From: an uncultured Gammaproteobacteria bacterium
GTDB taxonomy: Bacteria; Pseudomonadota; Gammaproteobacteria; SURF-13
NCBI GenBank assembly: GCA_963925015.1
Contig: CAWUTX010000030.1
Coordinates: forward strand, 1-58,096
Direction: 5' to 3'
DNA length: 58,096 nucleotides
The position numbers and the translations under genes were made by a program. The notes beneath the pieces were generated by a model. The model was not told the origin of the DNA. It worked only from the letters and a program-made list of their open reading frames with translations, and made no database searches. This document shows positions 52,437 through 58,096 of this stretch, piece after piece; position 1 is the first letter of the stretch, and each line of letters starts with the position of its first letter.

Positions 52437-52938
52437 GGCCTATGGCCAGGAAACCGAGTACCGGCGCTACATTCTGTGGTTTATCGCGGCCTGCGTCATT
52501 TACAGCATCATCGGTTTTTCATGGGGCGTGACGGTGGGCATGCTGCCCGATCTGCGCGAGTTCATCAACCACCAGCCGCACGCACACCTCATCATGCTCG
52601 GCCACGCCCATATTAACCTGCTCGGCTGGGTGGAGATGGCGATCTTCGCGGCGGTGTACTACATCGTTCCGCGCATTGCGCAGCGCAACATCTACAGCCT
52701 GCGCCTGGTCAGCATTCATTTCTGGATACATAACTTCGGCCTGCTCGGCATGGTGGCGTCGTTTGTGCTCGCGGGCAGCCTGGGCGGGCTCGCCAGCCAG
52801 ACCATGGACATCAACGAGGTCAATAAAATCGTGCGCCCATTCATGATCGCGGTGGGAATGTTCGGCAGCCTGGTGCTGCTCTCCAACCTCATTTGGGCCT
52901 ACAACCTTTGGCGCACCGCGCGGCGTTGGCAGCCATAG
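52423..52938 (+). CDS. 171-aa, 4-TM 'mini-CcoN' homologous to helices IX-XII of heme-copper oxidase subunit I
   Basis: Alignable by eye to the C-terminus of the 469-aa CcoN in this window. LGHAHINLLGWVEMAIFAAVYYIVPRIAQRNIYSLRLVSIHFWIHNFG aligns with VAHAHLALLGFSTFIEVAAVYYGLQVLMKRKLYSLALANFHFWMLLIG. 14-nt overlap with the upstream cytochrome gene. Confidence 0.7.
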   Translation: MRPNEAYGQETEYRRYILWFIAACVIYSIIGFSWGVTVGMLPDLREFINHQPHAHLIMLGHAHINLLGWVEMAIFAAVYYIVPRIAQRNIYSLRLVSIHFWIHNFGLLGMVASFVLAGSLGGLASQTMDINEVNKIVRPFMIAVGMFGSLVLLSNLIWAYNLWRTARRWQP

Positions 52939-52942
52939 TATT

Positions 52943-53434
52943 ATGCGAGTTACGGGCCTCCTGTGCGCCGCCTTGCTCCTTGCGGCTTGCGATACCGGCT
53001 CCAGGGTCAAGGTCGGTCAACAGGCGCCGGCTATCGCCACCAAGACCCTGGCTGATGTGGGCGGCGACTTCGGCAAGATCACTACCTACCGCCATCCCGA
53101 TGCGCGCATGTACCAGTATTCGATCGACCAGGCGCTTAAAGAAGGCAAGCCCATCGTGCTTGCCTTCGCCACGCCCGGTCACTGCACGCCGTGCGACCAG
53201 CAGTTGCAGATGCTGAAGTCGATGATCGACCGGCATCAGGATCGCGTGCTGTTTCTGCACCTGGATCAATACCAGAATCCGCAGGCCTTCAAGGCCTTCG
53301 GCGTGATGGGCGACCCGTGGACGTATATCGTCGACGCGCAGGGCACGGTGCGCTATGTGCAGGCGGGGCGCGTGTTGCGCGGCGAGTTGGAGGCGGCGCT
53401 GATGCCGGTTCTGGCGCAGACAGCGCAACCATGA
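52943..53434 (+). CDS. TlpA/ResA-like thioredoxin-fold lipoprotein
   Basis: 163-aa ORF with lipobox LLLAAC and a thioredoxin-fold CxxC (ATPGHCTPC). Confidence 0.75.
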   Translation: MRVTGLLCAALLLAACDTGSRVKVGQQAPAIATKTLADVGGDFGKITTYRHPDARMYQYSIDQALKEGKPIVLAFATPGHCTPCDQQLQMLKSMIDRHQDRVLFLHLDQYQNPQAFKAFGVMGDPWTYIVDAQGTVRYVQAGRVLRGELEAALMPVLAQTAQP

Positions 53435-53880
53435 GCGCGCGCTATGTGTTGCAGCAGGATCGCACCGGTCTGGTCTGGGATCTGATGCTCTATGTACCTA
53501 CTGTGGGTGTGCTCGGCCTGCTGGCCGTCAAGCTCTGGTATGGCGCTAATCAGGGTGCGGCCTACGTGCTGTTTTTCATGGCCTCTTTTTTTTTCATCGC
53601 CGGCGCCAACCGCATCCTCAAGACCCGTCTCATGCTGCTGCCGACAGCGCCAGTTGCGCTTGAAGTCGAGGCCGGTCAGGTGCGGCTGGGTCTGCGCAAC
53701 GGTGAGTACATCAGCATGGTAAAGGACGTGCGCTTTTACATCGACACGCAGGGCAAATCGTTCGGACTGTCCGGCAAGGATATGCTCGGGCGCCCGCAGC
53801 AACACGTTTTTCATCGCGGGCAGTTCGCCGATGAGAAGGGTTACCATGAAGCTGTGCTGGCGCTGCAGCCGTATAAATAG
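53431..53880 (+). CDS. hypothetical 2-TM membrane protein with a soluble C-terminal domain
   Basis: ATG at 53431 overlaps the preceding stop (ATGA). 149 aa. I recognise no family. Confidence 0.5.
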   Translation: MSARYVLQQDRTGLVWDLMLYVPTVGVLGLLAVKLWYGANQGAAYVLFFMASFFFIAGANRILKTRLMLLPTAPVALEVEAGQVRLGLRNGEYISMVKDVRFYIDTQGKSFGLSGKDMLGRPQQHVFHRGQFADEKGYHEAVLALQPYK

Positions 53881-53886
53881 CGGCTC

Positions 53887-54084
53887 TTATGAGCCCCTGC
53901 GGCGGCGCGTGACGATATCCCAGCCCATATAAGCGAGGCAGGCCGCGCCGATCAGGCAGACGATGAGGATCACGGTGCGCTCGGTGTCTGGGCTCACTAA
54001 TCCACCGATAAACATGTGCACTGAATACCCAAGAACCACGAGACCGCCCAAGGCAGCCAGACCGTAAAGTAAAAGTTCTTTCAT
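53887..54084 (-). CDS. hypothetical 65-aa 2-TM protein
   Basis: ORF-track ORF with two clear hydrophobic helices and a basic tail. It is the only minus-strand ORF in the cluster. Confidence 0.4.
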   Translation of the reverse strand: MKELLLYGLAALGGLVVLGYSVHMFIGGLVSPDTERTVILIVCLIGAACLAYMGWDIVTRRRRGS

Positions 54085-54197
54085 GCAGGTGTTGAAAATG
54101 TCCTGTCACCTAGGGTACATTAAGTATAGATATAAACTGCGGCTGCAGGGTGAGTAGGCAACCGCTAGACAGACTTATTTTTGATGTGGAGACTGGG

Positions 54198-54494
54198 ATG
54201 GCAAAGCAAGTCAGCATGGTAAGAAAGTCCCTCATTCTGAGCCTGGTGGTAGGCATGGTGGTGGGCATGGGTAACGGTAGCGTGTTCGGCATTTATCTCA
54301 TGGCGAACCTGGGCCGCGGAAGTTTTGCGGAGTGGGGCGGCTGGGGTGTGCAGTCTTACAGCCCATTTGGCTACTTCAACGGCTTTATGACATGGACCAT
54401 GCTGGTGTTCGGCGTCGCGTTCGTATGGATATTATTGTCCGCCCTTCATGGCCATGATAAAATGTCAAAAATTCAAGAGGGCGGCGGGCACTAA
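54198..54494 (+). CDS. hypothetical 98-aa 2-TM protein
   Basis: ATG at 54198 preceded by GGAG. Gly/Trp/aromatic-rich loop between two TM helices. Confidence 0.45.
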   Translation: MAKQVSMVRKSLILSLVVGMVVGMGNGSVFGIYLMANLGRGSFAEWGGWGVQSYSPFGYFNGFMTWTMLVFGVAFVWILLSALHGHDKMSKIQEGGGH

Positions 54495-54554
54495 GCCGTT
54501 CACTGTCAAGATTATACAGCGAATTCTCGCTGCAAATTCTGGGAGCAAACAACG

Positions 54555-54713
54555 ATGTTAGCAAAAATAGCCGCCGTATTAAGCATGGTCGCCGCCTTCT
54601 CCAGTATGTGGCTCGCCTGGTACCTGATGATCCCTTGCATGGTGTGCGGCAAGGTGGGTAATCGTGGGCTGGTGACACCCTGCTGCCAGGCGCCCGTCAA
54701 GAAGAAGACCTAA
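54555..54713 (+). CDS. 52-aa single-TM, Cys-rich peptide directly upstream of ccoN
   Basis: Below the ORF-track cutoff. My translation is MLAKIAAVLSMVAAFSSMWLAWYLMIPCMVCGKVGNRGLVTPCCQAPVKKKT*. GGGAG lies about 10 nt upstream. Confidence 0.35.
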   Translation: MLAKIAAVLSMVAAFSSMWLAWYLMIPCMVCGKVGNRGLVTPCCQAPVKKKT

Positions 54714-54769
54714 GGCCGTTCTAGCCCGAATCTTAAAATATTTTTGAAATTTAATTTGAGGTAGCTCGC

Positions 54770-56179
54770 ATGTTGATAAAATATCTGTTCGGCAAGAACG
54801 CGGACATCCCGCCAGGCACCGCTGCGGTTTTTTTCTCCTTCTCGGCCATCGTCTGGTTCATTATCGGTACCGGCCTCGGTTCATTTAATGCCGCCAAGCT
54901 CGCGTTTCCTGACTGGGTAACCGGTTTTGAGTTCTTCGCCTTCGGCAAGATGCGCCAAGTGCATGTGATGGCGGTGATCTTCGGCTGGATCTCCATGGCC
55001 TTCGCCGCCGCCATGATGTATATCACCCCCGCGCTCGGCAACACCAAGCTGTGGTCGGAGAAGCTCGGACTGTGGAGCTGCATGAACTGGAATATCGGCC
55101 TCGCGCTCGGCCTGTTCACGCTGTGGATGGGCATGACCTCGGGTCGTGAATATTCCGACTTCATCTACCCCATCGACCTGATTCTGACGTTTGCTGTGCT
55201 GATCCCGGTGGCGCTCAACGTGTGGATGACCATCGCCAAGCGTCGCACCCAGGGTATTTACACTACCAACTGGTTCTTCGCCGCCTCGATCTTCATGCTT
55301 TTGATCGTGCTGCTGGTGGGCAACCTGCCTGAATACTTCCACCTCACCGGCCTCACCGAGGCCTATCTTACCTGGTGGAACGCGCACAACATTCTGGGCC
55401 TGTGGATCACCCCGGTGGCCGCCGCCATTGCCTATTACATCATCCCCAAGATTACTGGCAACCCGCTCTACTCGCATCGTATCGGCCACCTGCACTTCTG
55501 GTCGATCGTGATTTTCTACTCCACGCCCGCCGCGCATCACCTGATGTCCGCGCCGCTGCCGGAGTGGCTGAAGTCCTTCGCTTCGGTGGAGGGCGTGCTA
55601 ATTCTGGTGCCGGCGATTGCCTTCGTCTCCAACATCCTGCTCACCTTGCAGGGCAAGTGGAACATGTTCGTGGAGAACATCGAAATTCGCTTCACCGTGA
55701 CCGGCGTGCTGCTCGCCATCCCGCTCAATATGCAGGGTGGCTTCCAGCAGACCCGATCCATCAATTGGTACATACACGGTACCGGCTGGATCGTGGCGCA
55801 TGCTCACTTGGCCTTGCTCGGCTTCTCAACCTTCATTGAAGTCGCCGCCGTGTACTATGGCCTGCAAGTGCTGATGAAGCGCAAACTTTACTCGCTCGCG
55901 CTCGCCAACTTCCATTTCTGGATGCTGCTCATCGGCTTCTCAATCTACTGGATTTCGATGACCATCGCCGGCCTGATTCAGGGCGCGGGCAAGATTTATG
56001 AAGTGCCGTACATCGACATCGTGGCCGCGGAGCATCCGTACATGATCGCGCGCTGGTTCGGTGGCACCCTGGTGTTCCTCGGCAACTGCGTGTGGCTGTA
56101 CAACATGTACATGACGGCGCGTGAGGGCACCCCGGTGCCCGCAGGCCGCATGGTGCATGAGCTGGCCTACCAGCGTTAA
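54770..56179 (+). CDS. ccoN: cbb3-type (C-family) heme-copper oxidase subunit I
   Basis: 469-aa, 12-TM ORF. Helix II His (FGKMRQVHV), CuB His (WWNAHNILG; AAHHL), the helix-VII Tyr six residues before HH (IFYSTPAAHH) as in the cross-linked Tyr of cbb3, and helix X HAH (VAHAHLALLGF). Confidence 0.9.
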   Translation: MLIKYLFGKNADIPPGTAAVFFSFSAIVWFIIGTGLGSFNAAKLAFPDWVTGFEFFAFGKMRQVHVMAVIFGWISMAFAAAMMYITPALGNTKLWSEKLGLWSCMNWNIGLALGLFTLWMGMTSGREYSDFIYPIDLILTFAVLIPVALNVWMTIAKRRTQGIYTTNWFFAASIFMLLIVLLVGNLPEYFHLTGLTEAYLTWWNAHNILGLWITPVAAAIAYYIIPKITGNPLYSHRIGHLHFWSIVIFYSTPAAHHLMSAPLPEWLKSFASVEGVLILVPAIAFVSNILLTLQGKWNMFVENIEIRFTVTGVLLAIPLNMQGGFQQTRSINWYIHGTGWIVAHAHLALLGFSTFIEVAAVYYGLQVLMKRKLYSLALANFHFWMLLIGFSIYWISMTIAGLIQGAGKIYEVPYIDIVAAEHPYMIARWFGGTLVFLGNCVWLYNMYMTAREGTPVPAGRMVHELAYQR

Positions 56180-56206
56180 TTCTGGAAAAATTTAAAGGAG
56201 CTTAAC

Positions 56207-57157
56207 GTGGCTTTTAGAGAATATCGAATCGGCGCCGTGATGTTCGGCGCAGCACTCAGCTTGTCCATGTTCATCACGCTGGTGGTGCCGAGCATCAACA
56301 TCTTCTCGGTAGGGTCTACGGCGCTTGCCCTGGAGAAGCAGTTGACCTACGGCTTCAACAGCGGCTGGAACACGGATGATATGTTCTTGGCTGGCAAAAA
56401 CAAACCGCTTAAGGTTCTGCTAAAGCAGGACCCACAGACGGACGCCGTGATGGAGCCGGTGCATGCCTACGTGTTCCCTGCCAATGCACGCTTTCCGAGC
56501 GGCATTCTGCACCCCAAGGTGTTGGGCGCCGGGTCTGACGTGCTGAGTGTAGAGCAGGGCAGGATCAGCGAGGCCAGCGAGGCGCGGGGCGCCGTGTTTG
56601 TGGTGCGCAGCGGCGAGCAGAACGGCAAATCCTATCCCTATATCGAAAACGCCAGCGCTACGCGCGGCTGGAGCCCGGATGCCGTACTAAAGGCCGCCGG
56701 TGATGCCAACACCAGCCATGCCGGTGCGGGCAAGACTATCTTTGTGCGTGAGGGCTGCTGGTGGTGCCACACCCTGCTGCCCGAGCAGACGCAGGACTTC
56801 CAGTATTTCGGCGCGCCGCCCTACCTGGGCGACTTCAACGGCGAATCCCCGACCGCGTTCGGCTCTGACCGCAAGGCCCCTGACCTGCTGCATGTGGGTT
56901 CGCGCAACTCATCGAAAGAGTGGCTGATGATGCACTTCTTCAATCCGCGTCTGGTGCAGCCGCACTCGCTCATGCCGCGCTTTGACTACCTGTGGGGCAA
57001 GACCGACGCCGCTGGCAACACGATCGATTACGCCGCCTGGCGCAAGGAATTCGTGGAGTACCGCAACGGCGAGCGCGTCACGCCGCCTGAGGTGCCGAAC
57101 TACCGTGCCGATAGCAAGATTCGCTATCTCATAGACTTTGTCTTGAACCTGAAGTAA
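56207..57157 (+). CDS. ccoO: CcoO-like monoheme subunit with a large N-proximal insertion
   Basis: 316-aa ORF with GTG start after AGGAG. TM anchor, then CxxCH only at residues 184-188 (REGCWWCHT). Then the CcoO signature GSDRKAPDLLHVGSRNSSKEWLMMHFFNPRLVQPHSLMPRF. Confidence 0.85.
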   Translation: MAFREYRIGAVMFGAALSLSMFITLVVPSINIFSVGSTALALEKQLTYGFNSGWNTDDMFLAGKNKPLKVLLKQDPQTDAVMEPVHAYVFPANARFPSGILHPKVLGAGSDVLSVEQGRISEASEARGAVFVVRSGEQNGKSYPYIENASATRGWSPDAVLKAAGDANTSHAGAGKTIFVREGCWWCHTLLPEQTQDFQYFGAPPYLGDFNGESPTAFGSDRKAPDLLHVGSRNSSKEWLMMHFFNPRLVQPHSLMPRFDYLWGKTDAAGNTIDYAAWRKEFVEYRNGERVTPPEVPNYRADSKIRYLIDFVLNLK

Positions 57158-57170
57158 TAGGAGGAGTGTC

Positions 57171-57860
57171 ATGACCTGGAGATTTGATAATCCGCTGCGC
57201 ACATTGACCAGTGATGAGCAAAACAAGACCGCCATGGAAGTATGGGAGGCGGAGAGCATGGGCGGGATTATGGAAAACAATAACCGTCTGCCGCAGCCGG
57301 TGGTTTATTTGCTGGTGCTGACCATCATATCTGCCTATCTCATTACCTTCCCGTTGTGGGGTCAGCGTCCTACCGCTGCGATCTACGCAGAGTTTGTGGC
57401 TGAGATGGACAGCGCCCAGGTTGAGGCGCTGCCGAATGACGCCGCGCGCATGAACTACCTGCTGAAGAAGGCGCAGACAGACGGCTCAAAATACGTCACT
57501 CCGCATATCAATCACCCCATCAGCATGGATGATCTGCGCGTGCTGCGTCCCCAGATCGAGGCACTGAAGGCCCAGGGCGTGGTGCTGGATGACTACACGG
57601 TGGTAGGCAACAAGGTGGTGCTGGCCAATTTCGAAGGCAATATGCGCGCAGACGGTACCCAGGAGCGCCAGCAACCGTGGTGGGACAAGGGCTATACCAT
57701 CGACATCTTCTACGTGATCTACTTCTGTATCGCGGTATTGATTGTGGTGAAGCGCCTGCCCCCCAATACCGTACAACCGCGCCACGGCAATGAACTCATG
57801 CTGAGTGACGCCGAGATTGCTGAGCTGAGCGTGCATGGACAAAAGAGGAGAGTAGCATGA
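57171..57860 (+). CDS. heme-less membrane protein with a CcoP/FixP N-terminal-like anchor
   Basis: 229-aa ORF after AGGAGG. GIMENNNRLPQPVVYLLVLTIISAYLITFPLWG parallels the FixP_N segment GIEEYDNPLPRWW...YPG. There is no CxxCH anywhere. A second TM lies near the C-terminus. Confidence 0.6.
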   Translation: MTWRFDNPLRTLTSDEQNKTAMEVWEAESMGGIMENNNRLPQPVVYLLVLTIISAYLITFPLWGQRPTAAIYAEFVAEMDSAQVEALPNDAARMNYLLKKAQTDGSKYVTPHINHPISMDDLRVLRPQIEALKAQGVVLDDYTVVGNKVVLANFEGNMRADGTQERQQPWWDKGYTIDIFYVIYFCIAVLIVVKRLPPNTVQPRHGNELMLSDAEIAELSVHGQKRRVA

Positions 57861-57982
57861 TAGATCTCGACAACCCGCCGCTGGTGCTGGCCGCAGTATC
57901 GTTAATAGCTTTGCTGGTGCCGGTGCTGTACAGCTTTATCGTTGATCGTTACGCGCCCAACCTGTACAAAAAGAAAAAATAA
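57857..57982 (+). CDS. 41-aa single-TM peptide in the CcoQ-like position
   Basis: Below the ORF-track cutoff, with ATGA overlap with the preceding stop. Translation is MIDLDNPPLVLAAVSLIALLVPVLYSFIVDRYAPNLYKKKK*. Confidence 0.4.
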   Translation: MIDLDNPPLVLAAVSLIALLVPVLYSFIVDRYAPNLYKKKK

Positions 57983-58096
57983 GCAGGCGGCGCTGCGCCG
58001 GTACTTCGGGGATCGCGGGGATTACGTGGGAAAGGCAAAGCACCCGATTGCGCTGTTCCGTCGAAATCTGCGCCAGTACCGCGCCACCGGTCCGCC

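Noticed and set aside
54085-54769. FNR/ANR box (TTGAT-N4-ATCAA) upstream of the cbb3 genes
   Set aside because: I scanned the spacers upstream of 54150/54198, 54555 and 54770 by eye. Only half-site-like TTGAT/TTGA fragments were found, with no dyad.
54770-56179. Possibility that the heme-copper subunit I is a nitric oxide reductase (cNOR/qNOR or sNOR/eNOR/gNOR type)
   Set aside because: The helix-VII tyrosine six residues before the HH pair and the CcoO-type partner with GPDL-like and LMP motifs are C-family O2-reductase features. No NorC-type partner or NOR-style glutamate cluster was evident by eye.
57983-58096. Partial ORF at the right edge
   Set aside because: Open frames exist on both strands, but about 110 nt without motifs is not enough to support a call.

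Overview
High-GC proteobacterial chromosome segment, with gene order most like Gammaproteobacteria, covering the replication-origin neighbourhood. On the minus strand mnmE-yidC-yidD-rnpA-rpmH diverges from dnaA-dnaN-gyrB on the plus strand, and there is no recF. The dnaA-dnaN spacer has a perfect DnaA box and a very AT-rich block, so it is my candidate oriC.

Most of the rest is core housekeeping: hemJ, a porin, degP, htpG, mutY, asmA, ilvA, rpiA, purT, ubiCA, recG, ridA, spoT, rpoZ, gmk, yicC, rph, rdgB, hemW and recQ.

Small accessory or decayed patches interrupt it:
- an AT-rich islet holding one multiply disrupted gene (13.2-14.0 kb)
- a scar with an ISNCY-like transposase remnant, a GGDEF tail and an internally deleted CFA synthase (17.9-19.6 kb)
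- an intact IS30-family element (24.7-25.8 kb)
- an orphan tail-anchored protein plus an amphi-Trp protein (34.3-35.6 kb)
- a decayed Eco57I/PglX-like methyltransferase remnant (46.4-47.4 kb)

A structured REP/MITE-like element with a G-quadruplex motif occurs twice.

The most unusual content is the respiratory cluster at the right end (50.9-58.0 kb). It has a tethered diheme cytochrome c4. It has a CcoO-like cytochrome c translationally overlapping a 171-aa protein that matches only helices IX-XII of heme-copper oxidase subunit I. It has a TlpA-like lipoprotein and several small membrane ORFs. It ends with a cbb3-type operon in which CcoN looks canonical, CcoO carries a roughly 120-aa insertion, and the CcoP position holds a heme-less protein with a FixP_N-like anchor.

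I recognised no rRNA, tRNA or CRISPR array. All family assignments come from reading the translations. No database search was run.
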